From assembly GCA_964607915.1 (NCBI GenBank), contig CAZSMU010000001.1, forward strand, positions 8,904-72,903: a stretch of DNA of 64,000 bases. Reading direction: 5' to 3'. The number at the start of each line of letters is the position of its first letter. Position 1 is the first letter of the stretch. The notes below the pieces were generated by a model. The model did not search any database and was not told the DNA's origin. It saw only the letters and a program-made list of their open reading frames with translations. The stretch comes from an uncultured Haliscomenobacter sp. (lineage in GTDB: Bacteria > Bacteroidota > Bacteroidia > Chitinophagales > Saprospiraceae). A program made the translations under genes and the position numbers. Positions 34,328 to 43,781 of this stretch are shown piece after piece.

Positions 34328-35020
34328 ATGTCCCTTAGATGTATCCTTGTTGACGACGATGCTTTGTCCTTGCTGGGCCTCGAAAAACTCTGCGAGCGAA
34401 CGGAGGGGCTGGATCTGGTGGGTGCGTTTGACGGTGTGGCGTCTGCGGTGGCTTTCCTCGAAAAGGAGGAAGTAGATTTAATTTTTTTGGATATCGAAAT
34501 GCCAGAGGAAAACGGGCTGAGTTTATTGGACCGCTTGACCTTTCAGCCACAGGTCGTAGTGGTATCCGGGCGAACCGATTTTGCGTACGAGGCTTTCGAG
34601 TACGCGGTTACGGATTATCTGAAAAAGCCCGTCTCCCTACCCCGCTTCCTGAGGGCGGTCGAAAAAGTGCGGCTGCAGCTCCATCAAAACCAGAGTTACA
34701 GGGATTCTGCGCGGGATATATACATTCGCCAGGAAGGCAAGCTCATCCGCTTGGCTTTTTCAGATATTTTGTTTTTTGAAACGGTCGGCGACTATGTGCG
34801 CATCAAGACCCGGGACGGATCCTTCCTGATTCACCACACCATAAAGGGTATAGACGAGAAAATCCGGGATCCGCGTTTTCTGAAAATCCACCGTTCCTAC
34901 ATCGTCAATCTCGATATGGTGGTGGAAGTCGGGGAGCATTCCCTGGCGATTGACTTGTTCAACATCCCGATAAGCCGGGCTAACCGCCCGGTGCTCCTCA
35001 ACCGGCTCAATATCCTTTAG
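34328..35020 (+). CDS. LytTR-family response regulator
   Basis: REC domain (ILVDDD...DLIFLDIEMPEENG) plus a LytTR DNA-binding domain (FFETVGDYVRIKTRDGSFLIHHTIKGIDEKI...IHRSYIVNLDMV). Confidence 0.92.
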   Translation: MSLRCILVDDDALSLLGLEKLCERTEGLDLVGAFDGVASAVAFLEKEEVDLIFLDIEMPEENGLSLLDRLTFQPQVVVVSGRTDFAYEAFEYAVTDYLKKPVSLPRFLRAVEKVRLQLHQNQSYRDSARDIYIRQEGKLIRLAFSDILFFETVGDYVRIKTRDGSFLIHHTIKGIDEKIRDPRFLKIHRSYIVNLDMVVEVGEHSLAIDLFNIPISRANRPVLLNRLNIL

Positions 35021-35025
35021 CGTAA

Positions 35026-36171
35026 TTAAGCCCGTCGGTGCAGGTTCCGCATGTGCCGATCCATAGACGGGGTATCCAGGATACCTATCAGTATATTCCA
35101 CTCGTTGTACACCGGCATGGCCCCGCTTTGGGAATGCTGTAGTTTTTTTAGGGAAGCTGCGAGCGATTCCTTTTCCAACAAGGGCAAGAGTTCGCAAAGC
35201 ATGTACTGCGAGACCAGGGCATCGCCGTCGGCACTTTGCAAAGCCTGGGCGGTGCGGTGTTCGGGCAGGACAGCGACCAGGTTTTGCCATTCGTCGAATA
35301 CCAGGAAATTTTTTTCTTCCCCCGCCAAAAAAAGCTGTATCGCTTTGTCCATGACATCGGTGGTATAGAGGGGGGTGAAACGTCGGCGCGCCAGGTCGCC
35401 CGCCGTACCGCGGCGCAGCGCTTCCTCGAAAGCGATGAACCGGTACTCGTTGCGGGCCAGAAGGAATACGAATACCCCGATGAAGACCGAGAGCAGTCCA
35501 TCTTTTCCGGAGCTTTCCCATAAGCGCCAGAGGTTAAAACCGATAAAGGCAACAGCGAGGCCCTGCCCGATGCGCGCAGCAAACCAGGTTGCCCGTAGCC
35601 GCCCTATCCACATGCTCAGGAGTGCGCGCAGGATACGGCCTCCGTCCATAGGAAAAGCGGGGATCATATTGAACAAGGCGAGGGCTATATTGATGACGAA
35701 CAGGCCGAGAAGCCATATCCCCCATTCAGGTATATCGGAGAACAAGTAGCTGCCTTCCTGCGATGCCAAGGCCTGGAGCAGTTGCAGGCGCAGCCCGGAA
35801 GGGATAGAGATGAAGTACAGCCCCAGCAGCAGGGCGATTCCGATATTGACCAGAGGGCCTGCCAGTGCTATCCACAATTCGTGCTGAGGTTTAGCCGGAA
35901 GGCGGTCAAGCCGGGCGACACCCCCGATAGGCGAGAGGATGATGTCCAGGGTACTGACTCCGAAGCGCCGGGCCATAAGGGCATGGCCGTATTCATGGAG
36001 TGCAACACAAAGGAAAAGGGAGAGGACGAAACCCGTTTCCAGCAAAATTTCCTGGAAGGACCAGTTCTCGCTCTTGCCCTTATAGAATACGAACACAAAT
36101 ATGAGCGCAAAGGTCCAGTGCAACCGGAGCGGGATACCGTAGAGGGTGAAGACTTGGAGCGATTGCTTCAT
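35026..36171 (-). CDS. Site-2 protease family (M50) membrane metalloprotease with C-terminal CBS pair
   Basis: HEYGHALMARRFG (HExxH) and NMIPAFPMDGGRILRA. Multiple TM helices and a CBS-like tail. Confidence 0.88.
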   Translation of the reverse strand: MKQSLQVFTLYGIPLRLHWTFALIFVFVFYKGKSENWSFQEILLETGFVLSLFLCVALHEYGHALMARRFGVSTLDIILSPIGGVARLDRLPAKPQHELWIALAGPLVNIGIALLLGLYFISIPSGLRLQLLQALASQEGSYLFSDIPEWGIWLLGLFVINIALALFNMIPAFPMDGGRILRALLSMWIGRLRATWFAARIGQGLAVAFIGFNLWRLWESSGKDGLLSVFIGVFVFLLARNEYRFIAFEEALRRGTAGDLARRRFTPLYTTDVMDKAIQLFLAGEEKNFLVFDEWQNLVAVLPEHRTAQALQSADGDALVSQYMLCELLPLLEKESLAASLKKLQHSQSGAMPVYNEWNILIGILDTPSMDRHMRNLHRRA

Positions 36172-37325
36172 ACGGGGAGGTAGGGTTCTTCTTGTATACT
36201 TCTGGAGATGACCATGCGCTGCACTTCAGAAGTACCTTCATAGATCTGGGTGATCTTCGCATCGCGCATCAAGCGCTCTACATGGTATTCTTTTACAAAA
36301 CCATAGCCACCATGGACCTGTACCGCTTCAACCGTGGTGCGCATCGCGACCTCCGAGGCGTATAATTTGGCCATTGCACTGGCGGTATTGTAGTCCTTAC
36401 CCTGGTCTTTGAGCCATGCGGCCCGATAGACCATGAGGCGGGCGGCTTCGATTTCCGTAGCCATATCGGCCAGTTTGAAAGCGATGGCCTGGTGCTGGTA
36501 GATGGGTTTGCCGAAGGTTTCGCGCTGTTTGGAGTATTCGAGTGCCAGTTCGTAGGCACCAGCAGCAATGCCCAGCGCTTGTGCGGCAATGCCGATGCGG
36601 CCTCCTGCCAGGGTTTTCATGGCAAATTTGAACCCAAAGCCATCTTCCCCGATCCGGTTTTCTTTGGGCACTCTGACGTCGGAATACAGTATGGTGTGGG
36701 TATCCGAGGAGCGTATGCCGAGTTTGTCTTCTTTAGCTCCGATTTGTACGCCGTCCCAGGAGGTGTCCACTATGAAAGCATTGATTCCGCGGGAACCTTT
36801 TTCGGGATGCGTTTGGGCTATCACCAGGTGTACCTGCGAAGAACCGCCGTTGGTGATCCAGTTTTTCGTGCCGTTGAGCAGATAATAGTCGCCCATGTCC
36901 ACTGCCGTGGTGCGTTGGTGGGTGGCGTCGCTGCCAGCTTCCGGCTCCGAGAGGCAGAAGGAGCCGAGCCATTCCCCCGGGGCGAGTTTGCTTAAATAGC
37001 GCTCTTTTTGGGCCTCCGTTCCATACGCTTCCAGCCCCCAGCAGACCAGAGAGTTGTTGACGGACATGAGCACGGAGCAACTGTTGTCCACTTTGGAAAT
37101 TTCCTCCATAGCGAGTACATAAGCGAGCGTATCCATGCCACCTCCGCCGTACACGGGGGAGCACATCATCCCCAGAAAGCCCATTTCGGCCATCCGGCGG
37201 ACTTGTTCTCGGGGGAAAGCCATGGTGGAGTCGCGTGCTATGACGCCCGGTTTCAGTTCTTTTTGTGCGAATTCCCGTGCTGCGTCCCGCACGGCGAGTT
37301 GTTCTTCGTTCAGGTTGAAAAACAT
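36168..37325 (-). CDS. Acyl-CoA dehydrogenase (short/medium-chain type)
   Basis: CLSEPEAGSDA, GGYGFVKEYHVERLMRDAKITQIYEGTSEVQRMVISR. Start taken at ATG 37325 (MFFNLNEEQLAV). Its stop overlaps the M50 start in ATGA. Confidence 0.92.
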   Translation of the reverse strand: MFFNLNEEQLAVRDAAREFAQKELKPGVIARDSTMAFPREQVRRMAEMGFLGMMCSPVYGGGGMDTLAYVLAMEEISKVDNSCSVLMSVNNSLVCWGLEAYGTEAQKERYLSKLAPGEWLGSFCLSEPEAGSDATHQRTTAVDMGDYYLLNGTKNWITNGGSSQVHLVIAQTHPEKGSRGINAFIVDTSWDGVQIGAKEDKLGIRSSDTHTILYSDVRVPKENRIGEDGFGFKFAMKTLAGGRIGIAAQALGIAAGAYELALEYSKQRETFGKPIYQHQAIAFKLADMATEIEAARLMVYRAAWLKDQGKDYNTASAMAKLYASEVAMRTTVEAVQVHGGYGFVKEYHVERLMRDAKITQIYEGTSEVQRMVISRSIQEEPYLPV

Positions 37326-37375
37326 AGCGTGTACAGGTTTTTTTGAAGGAAACAGGTCGTGCTGGCGGCGGAGGT

Positions 37376-37675
37376 TCAAATAACCTCCATCAAGGTGCGA
37401 AAAACGACAAATTTGCCGGGGAAGCGCTCTGAGACCTCGGCTTGGAGTGATTTGGCATGCTCCTGTTGGTAAGCGTACATCGCGGCGAGGTCTGGACAGA
37501 AGTACTGCACGGCATACGTCACCCCGTCCGGTTCTTCGTGCATCATACGGCAGATGCGGTAATCGTCGAATTTACCCGTCTGCATGACCCGAGGGATATG
37601 CGTTTCCCGCATCCATTGCAACCAGTCAAGGTGTACATCCTGGTCAATTTTGACGGTTACATTATAGATGAGCAT
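37376..37675 (-). CDS. DUF4286 family protein
   Basis: 99 aa. MLIYNVTVKIDQDVHLDWLQWMRETHIPRVMQTGKF is the pattern I recall for DUF4286. Confidence 0.7.
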   Translation of the reverse strand: MLIYNVTVKIDQDVHLDWLQWMRETHIPRVMQTGKFDDYRICRMMHEEPDGVTYAVQYFCPDLAAMYAYQQEHAKSLQAEVSERFPGKFVVFRTLMEVI

Positions 37676-37680
37676 TGATT

Positions 37681-38370
37681 TTATTTGCGCTTGTTGTTTT
37701 TGGCGTACTGCTGACGGCCGTTACCTTTGTTATTGCTTTGTTTCCCGCCGCCGTAGGGCGAGCGTTGGGAGTAGGGTTTGTATTTATTGCGGCGTTGGTT
37801 TTGTTGTTGTTGCTGGTTTTGAGTAGGTTGCACCAAGTTGTCGATCGCTTCCGAGACGACCAGTTTTCCCCCGGACATCAGTTCGAGGTCTGCCTTTATA
37901 ACATCGTCGCTGACAAAGTGTTCTTTGTTCCAGGTTCGATAGGCCAGTTTCATGTAGGAGGCGATAATGGAGACGAGCGCTTCGCGCTTGGGCCCCGGCT
38001 CCATCTCCAGGGCTTTTCGGATCAGTTTTTGGACACTCGCACCATAATGCCGGAAGTTCTGTTCCTTCTCCGGGTACTCCACGGGCCCTGGTTTTTTATA
38101 GGCGGCCTCTTCTGTGGGGATGATGCCGTTGGGGGGCATGACCTTGATATCGTAGTTGGCAATGCGGAACAGGTGTTTCCAGAGTTTATCGCGAATTTCC
38201 TCGATACTGCGGGTTTGCGGCTGCATCTGGAACATCAGGACGATGATTTGTTCGACAAATTTTTGGCGCACGACGTCGTCTTCTATGGTTTTTGCATGGA
38301 AGATCAATCGTTGTACATTTCTACCATACTCCGGTATGATCAACTCCTCCAGTTGGGAGTTGTATTCCAT
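37681..38370 (-). CDS. DUF4290 family protein with Q/N/K-rich tail
   Basis: MEYNSQLEELIIPEYGRNVQRLI is a typical DUF4290 N-terminus, so I use ATG 38370. C-terminal low-complexity QNQQQQQNQRRNKYKPY. Confidence 0.7.
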   Translation of the reverse strand: MEYNSQLEELIIPEYGRNVQRLIFHAKTIEDDVVRQKFVEQIIVLMFQMQPQTRSIEEIRDKLWKHLFRIANYDIKVMPPNGIIPTEEAAYKKPGPVEYPEKEQNFRHYGASVQKLIRKALEMEPGPKREALVSIIASYMKLAYRTWNKEHFVSDDVIKADLELMSGGKLVVSEAIDNLVQPTQNQQQQQNQRRNKYKPYSQRSPYGGGKQSNNKGNGRQQYAKNNKRK

Positions 38371-38411
38371 ATCCAGTTTTGCTTTTTGCATAGTATGCTT
38401 TTTTCCTTGAT

Positions 38412-39749
38412 TTACTTGTATTTGGTAAACGCCACCTTGAGCTTTGCTCTGTAGGTAGCACCGCCTGCGCCGTAGAGTACGGCGCGGCTATTGTTTTCTG
38501 TTTTGGGGAACAAGCTGAGCAGCATCTCGTTACTGACTTTCCCGTCGGCCATATCCTGCAAGTGAGCGCTCAGGTTCATGCGGTACAGGCCGGGTTCCGG
38601 GTCGGCGCCTGCCTGGAAGGTACCGCCGAACTTTTGAGGTATTTCGGTATCTGCGAGGGCTACGTCCTTCACTACCTGAAGGTTCCCGTTTTTATCGCGG
38701 TAATAAAGCACTAAAGTAGATGCCGGGGGATACAGATTCGAATCGTCGCCGGGCAGAGTAGCTACCCGGAGCTCCAGGATGGCGTGGTTGACGATGGAAT
38801 TTTTCAGGGAAGCTACGCTGGGAAAGCGGATCTTTCCGTTTACCCCGCCCATGCCCTGTACGAATATATATTGGTTTTGGGCGGAAGGCGTGCCAATCTG
38901 TTTTTCTACGGGTTTGCCGCTCGTATTGTGTTGAAAAGTGGAGACATTGGCCACATAAGGGCTGAACTGGTACTGGAACTGTTTCTGGATGGTATCGTTT
39001 CGGTAATACACCATCATACCCGCCCGGGTAGTATTTAGGTTGACACCTACCAGGGCGCCACTGGACGCAGCAGAGGGTTTGATAAAGATGCCCCTGAAGA
39101 AAGTCTGGAAAATGCTGTCGGTTGCATAGTAAGAGGTGTCGAGGGCCAGGAGTTCCTGTCCCAGGGTCTTGCTGAGGGAAATGCGCACATGGGGAAAGGA
39201 GATGGTATCGCGGGTGCCCGAACCATAATCAAAAACGCGGACACTATCTTTGGACGGGAAAAAAGTAGTGCGCCCGAGGGGGATGGGGCTGTACATAAAG
39301 CGCTCGGTGGAAAAATGAGCCTCCGTAGAAACGATGGGGTCCAGGAGTTGATAGACTTCCAACGAGACCGGCTGGGTGCGGTTGCCATAGAACTTGCTCG
39401 TGTCGTACGGAAGAACCAACACTACGGAATCTACGATGACTTCCCCGAATTTGGGGCTCAGGTATTCCGGGATGAGTTGTGCATATAGGCTTGCTTCTGA
39501 TAATCCGAACAGAGGGTCGTCCGCCCGCCCGAGTACATATGCTTTCAGGAAGGAGTTGGGGGTATGGGTGCGGACGGCTTCGCTGAGTTCGGTGGCAGTT
39601 TCTACGGTGAACGTATCTACGTATTCCAGGTTGAGCAGGTCTTCGCTCAGTAAGTCCAGGCCGGCACTGGTGGGGTCAACGCAGGAATACAGGCTGTACG
39701 ATAGGAGGGCCGGCCATATTAGCCGGCGCAAAAGGCTGTTGAGGTCCAT
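38412..39749 (-). CDS. DUF4270 family lipoprotein
   Basis: Start at ATG 39749 (MDLNSLLRRLIWPALLSYSLYSC lipobox). Located next to the short glycogen synthase gene, as is usual in Bacteroidota. Confidence 0.7.
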   Translation of the reverse strand: MDLNSLLRRLIWPALLSYSLYSCVDPTSAGLDLLSEDLLNLEYVDTFTVETATELSEAVRTHTPNSFLKAYVLGRADDPLFGLSEASLYAQLIPEYLSPKFGEVIVDSVVLVLPYDTSKFYGNRTQPVSLEVYQLLDPIVSTEAHFSTERFMYSPIPLGRTTFFPSKDSVRVFDYGSGTRDTISFPHVRISLSKTLGQELLALDTSYYATDSIFQTFFRGIFIKPSAASSGALVGVNLNTTRAGMMVYYRNDTIQKQFQYQFSPYVANVSTFQHNTSGKPVEKQIGTPSAQNQYIFVQGMGGVNGKIRFPSVASLKNSIVNHAILELRVATLPGDDSNLYPPASTLVLYYRDKNGNLQVVKDVALADTEIPQKFGGTFQAGADPEPGLYRMNLSAHLQDMADGKVSNEMLLSLFPKTENNSRAVLYGAGGATYRAKLKVAFTKYK

Positions 39750-39845
39750 GTGGAGAACTTGACAAAAATTTTGAGGCACAAACATGCCGGGTAATGCATT
39801 CGAATTGGCTTTAGGGAAGGAGCGGGGAAGTAGGCTTCGGGTTGC

Positions 39846-40664
39846 TTATTCCATCACTTTTTCTGGTAAAAGCGTGTGGTAGAACTCCAGGATGGCTTCC
39901 AGGTATCGATCCCCTTGGAACGGCAAGACGGGTTTGCTCAAGGCATGTATATGTTGCTGGACGGGGTCTGCCAGGTGCTCGCTGCCTTGTACGACGGCAT
40001 CTGCGAAGGCCATGGCACCATGCTGCAACGCAATGCCTTTTTCGTCCTGATAGGCGAGCAGGTTTTCCTGCCCGATGTTGTTGCGGAGCGCCTTTTCCAG
40101 AAAGCCCCCTTCCAGTGCGGCTCCGAAGGGCTCGTCATAGACCGAGTACACCACTTTGGCCGGTTGGAAAAGCGGCTCTGTCTTGTACGTCGTTTTGAGG
40201 AATAATGGCACGAGGCTCGTCATCCATCCATGGCAGTGAATGATATCGGGTGCCCAACCAAATTTTTTGACCGTTTCTATCACGCCCTTGCAAAAGAAGA
40301 CCATGCGTTCCGCATTGTCGTCGAAAGGCGCCCCTTCATCGTCTAAAAAGATGTGTTTGCGGCGAAAAAAATCCTCATTGTCTAAAAAATAGACCTGCAT
40401 GCGGCCCTCCGGCAGGGAAGCTACCTTAATGACCAAAGGATAGTCGTCGTCATCTACGATAATGTTCATTCCGGACAAACGAACCACCTCGTGGAGCCGG
40501 TGCCTGCGTTCGTTGATCGCCCCGAAGCGAGGCATGAGCACTCGTATCTCCATCCCGTTTTCCTGGACGTACTGGGGAAGGTAACGGGCTACTTCGGCTA
40601 TTTGCGTGCTTGCTGTGTAGGGCAGCATCTCCTGGGTGACTATCAGCACTTTCCTCTTTCTCAT
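39846..40664 (-). CDS. Short Bacteroidetes-type glycogen/starch synthase (GT5 N-terminal domain only)
   Basis: 272 aa from ATG 40664 (MRKRKVLIVTQEMLPY). DIIHCHGWMTSLVPLFLK motif. Conserved synteny with DUF4270. Confidence 0.7.
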   Translation of the reverse strand: MRKRKVLIVTQEMLPYTASTQIAEVARYLPQYVQENGMEIRVLMPRFGAINERRHRLHEVVRLSGMNIIVDDDDYPLVIKVASLPEGRMQVYFLDNEDFFRRKHIFLDDEGAPFDDNAERMVFFCKGVIETVKKFGWAPDIIHCHGWMTSLVPLFLKTTYKTEPLFQPAKVVYSVYDEPFGAALEGGFLEKALRNNIGQENLLAYQDEKGIALQHGAMAFADAVVQGSEHLADPVQQHIHALSKPVLPFQGDRYLEAILEFYHTLLPEKVME

Positions 40665-40779
40665 GCCGTGAAGATCTGTTATTTCCAACCCTCTAAACGG
40701 ATGCCCACACCGGGCAGTTTAGGAATCAGAATGCAAAGATAGTAAAAAAACCCTTTCTTCCCTAACTATGAATTACTGA

Positions 40780-40937
40780 ACTTGTTGCGCGGGGTCGGTG
40801 GGGAAGGGAAAAAGAGTCGTTTTTTGTCCATACGAAGGCTTTTGAGAGAGTATAGCCTCGCTGTATGACCGAAAGAAAGGCACGGCAGGGCGAAAAAGGG
40901 CCTTTTTGAACCCTCGCTGACCCCCCGCGCAATGAGC
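40780..40937. repeat. Long-form (158 bp) copy of the repeat family
   Basis: It aligns end to end with 28904-29061 at the same length. TIRs are ACTTGTTGCGCGGGG / CCCCGCGCAATGAGC, with a compensatory A>C / T>G pair. Confidence 0.85.
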
Positions 40938-41078
40938 CTATCTTCAAAATGTCCAATAGAATCAGCCTGATACGGCCAACAGGTTTTGGGCATGGTACGG
41001 TTTTTTTATGTACTTTTGCGCCTGTTTTTAGCCAGCGGGTGAGCCGGCCTTATTTCAGCACTTAGACACACCATCGTA

Positions 41079-42182
41079 ATGAGTTTTCCCATAAAACGCA
41101 TTTTTGCTAATATCCTGAAATTCGCGGTATTTTTGGGTACGGGGGTCGGGCTGCTCTATCTCGTGTACCGGCACCAGGCAAATGCCTTTGCCGCGGATTG
41201 TGCGCTCAAGGGCATCCCCGCTTCGGAATGTAGCCTGATAGACAAGATATGGGCGGATTTTCAGGGTATCGCTTTTGGCTGGTTTTTATTGGTGATTGTC
41301 TTTTTTATGATCAGCAACGCAAGCAGGGCCCTGCGCTGGAACATGCTCCTGCGCCCTCTGGGCTATGCCCCCCGCTTCGGCAATGCATTCCTGACGATTT
41401 TAGTTGGCTACTTCCTCAACCTCGCCTTGCCGCGCATGGGGGAAATCGCTCGTTGCGGCGCTTTTTCCCGCTATGAGCGGATCCCGCTGGAAAAAGTTCT
41501 GGGTACCGTGGTCGTAGATCGCATCATAGATATGCTGAGTATCCTGCTGCTGACCGTTCTGGCATTCGTCCTGGAGTACGACACTATTCGACAGTTCGTC
41601 GGCGAACATGTGACGCTGAGCGGTAAAGGATCGGTACTACAGGTCATCTTCTGGGTCATCCTTCCGTTGTCGGTACTCGGAGTACTGGTCGCGTGGAAAA
41701 TGCGGCATCGGCTCTCGCAACTCGGTTTTTTTCAAAAAATTCTGTCTCTGCTCAAAGGATTCTGGGAGGGGATAAAAACCATCGGGCAATTAGAGCGTCC
41801 CTGGTTGTTCGTTCTGCACAGCATCAACGTATGGTTCATGTTTTTTTTGATGTCCTACATTGCCTTCAAGACCTTTGGGGCTACGTCGGGCCTGCCGATG
41901 GTAGCGGCGCTCATGGTGTTTGTCTTCGCGACCTGGGGCGTCGTGGTCCCCTCACCGGGCGGGATGGGATCTTACCACTTTATGGTACAAACGGCCCTCG
42001 CGCTGTACGGGGTAAGCCATGCCGACGGCTTTTCATACGCCAACATCTTTTTTTTCCTGATCCAATTAGGGGGTAATATCCTGCTCGGGATGACTGCGAT
42101 GCTCCTGCTTCCCATCCTAAACCGTGGGTATCAACCCAAATCGCCGGATAATCAAATCGCTGCTGACCTTCAATCAGCCTAA
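41079..42182 (+). CDS. Flippase-like / lysylphosphatidylglycerol-synthase TM-region family membrane protein (UPF0104)
   Basis: About 8 TM helices. SRALRWNMLLRPLGY motif typical of the family. Confidence 0.75.
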   Translation: MSFPIKRIFANILKFAVFLGTGVGLLYLVYRHQANAFAADCALKGIPASECSLIDKIWADFQGIAFGWFLLVIVFFMISNASRALRWNMLLRPLGYAPRFGNAFLTILVGYFLNLALPRMGEIARCGAFSRYERIPLEKVLGTVVVDRIIDMLSILLLTVLAFVLEYDTIRQFVGEHVTLSGKGSVLQVIFWVILPLSVLGVLVAWKMRHRLSQLGFFQKILSLLKGFWEGIKTIGQLERPWLFVLHSINVWFMFFLMSYIAFKTFGATSGLPMVAALMVFVFATWGVVVPSPGGMGSYHFMVQTALALYGVSHADGFSYANIFFFLIQLGGNILLGMTAMLLLPILNRGYQPKSPDNQIAADLQSA

Positions 42183-42192
42183 AGCGCGCCAT

Positions 42193-42693
42193 ATGTCTTT
42201 TTTATCGTCTATACAAGCAAAGGTAATGGATTGGGAACAGGCGGAGGCCTGCGTTGCAGCCTGGCGTTCGCAGGGGCTGTGCATCGTGTTTACCAATGGT
42301 TGCTTTGACTTGTTGCATTTCGGGCACCTGCATTATTTGGCCCAGGCGCGCGACCTGGGAGACCGCCTGGTCGTCGGACTCAATACCGAAGGGTCTGTCC
42401 GCCGCCTAAAAGGCCCCGGGCGACCTATCCACGACGAGCCTACCCGGTTTCTGCAAATGGCTTCACTGGCGTTCGTGGACCTGGTGGTGGGCTTTGAGCA
42501 AGATACTCCCCAAGCGCTCATCCATCGCCTGATGCCGGATGTATTGGTAAAAGGGGGCGATTATTCGGCGGCGCAAATCGTCGGGGCCGACCTCGTGCTG
42601 GCGCGCGGGGGGCGCGTAGAGACGCTGCCTTTCGTAAACGGGTACTCCACGACCGCCATAGAGCAAAAAATTTTGCGCCAATCAAAACATTGA
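42193..42693 (+). CDS. Cytidylyltransferase-like protein (RfaE domain II type, D-glycero-beta-D-manno-heptose-1-phosphate adenylyltransferase-like)
   Basis: IVFTNGCFDLLHFGHLHYLAQARDLGDRLVVGLN, RPI and LVKGGDY. Start at ATG 42193. Confidence 0.85.
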   Translation: MSFLSSIQAKVMDWEQAEACVAAWRSQGLCIVFTNGCFDLLHFGHLHYLAQARDLGDRLVVGLNTEGSVRRLKGPGRPIHDEPTRFLQMASLAFVDLVVGFEQDTPQALIHRLMPDVLVKGGDYSAAQIVGADLVLARGGRVETLPFVNGYSTTAIEQKILRQSKH

Positions 42694-42713
42694 ACTTATC
42701 ACGCGATCATAAT

Positions 42714-43736
42714 ATGTCTGCTACCGTTCGAGAAATCATCCGCATCCTGGAAGAAACCGCTCCGCCGGCACACCAGGAAGAATACGATAATTCCGGCCTC
42801 CTGTGTGGCGACCTACGCCGGGAAGTACGGGGTATCCTCGTATGCCTCGACACTACGGAAGCGGTACTGGAAGAGGCGGCCCGGCTCGGCTGTAACCTGG
42901 TCGTTTCCCACCATCCTATCGTTTTTAGGGGGCTCAAGCGCCTGACTGGTGCCACGTATGTGGAACGGGTAGTGATGCAGGCCATCCGCCAGGATATTGC
43001 GGTGTACGCAATCCATACGAACCTGGACAGCATGTATATCAATGGGGTCAATAGCCGTATCGCCGAAAAGTTGGAGCTTTTGGATACGCGTATCCTCGCC
43101 CCTAAGGACGTGTGGAGACAGGTGCGACTGCCCCTCCCGGCGGCCCTGCTGGAGCCGTTCAAGTCCGGCCTGGGGGCAAATGGCGGGGGCGAAGTGCTCT
43201 CCGCCCTGCACAGCGCCGGCGGGGACGAGGTACTGTGCGAGCTGCGATTCGATGCTGCCCGGCAAAAAAATATCGAAAAATACGTCGCAGCCCTGCATCC
43301 CCCCGCCCTGCAACGGGCAGTCTGGCAGAATGCCCTCGGACCCCACCCCGGTGTGGGAGGGGGCATGATCGGCGAGCTGCCCTTCCCCATGAGCGGGGTG
43401 GACTTCCTGCATTACCTCAAAACCCGGATGCAGACCCAATGCGTGCGGCATACCGCTTTCACCGGGCGCGATATCCGGCGCGTGGCCGTCTGCGGGGGTG
43501 CGGGCAGCTTCCTGCTCAAAACGGCCATATCCCAAGGCGCCGATGCGTACGTGAGCGCCGACTTCAAATACCACGAGTTTTTTGACGCGGACGGCCAGCT
43601 CCTCATCGCAGATATCGGGCACTACGAAAGCGAACAATTTACCATCCACTTGTTACAGGAAATTATTTCAAGTAATTTTCCTAATTTCGCGGTTTATTGT
43701 GCTAAAACAAGCACGAACCCCGTTCATTACTACTAG
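42714..43736 (+). CDS. Nif3-like dinuclear metal centre protein
   Basis: LVVSHHPIVFRGLKRL, AIHTNLD and ADIGHYESEQF. Start at ATG 42714. Contains the inserted middle domain of long Nif3 forms. Confidence 0.88.
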   Translation: MSATVREIIRILEETAPPAHQEEYDNSGLLCGDLRREVRGILVCLDTTEAVLEEAARLGCNLVVSHHPIVFRGLKRLTGATYVERVVMQAIRQDIAVYAIHTNLDSMYINGVNSRIAEKLELLDTRILAPKDVWRQVRLPLPAALLEPFKSGLGANGGGEVLSALHSAGGDEVLCELRFDAARQKNIEKYVAALHPPALQRAVWQNALGPHPGVGGGMIGELPFPMSGVDFLHYLKTRMQTQCVRHTAFTGRDIRRVAVCGGAGSFLLKTAISQGADAYVSADFKYHEFFDADGQLLIADIGHYESEQFTIHLLQEIISSNFPNFAVYCAKTSTNPVHYY

Positions 43737-43781
43737 GGAAAACCCGCATAATATAGCAATCAAGGTTAAAAACAACTCAGC

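Noticed and set aside
42707-43649. 227-aa and 278-aa ORFs antisense to the Nif3 gene
   Set aside because: These are antisense artefacts. The plus strand carries the Nif3 metal-binding motifs.
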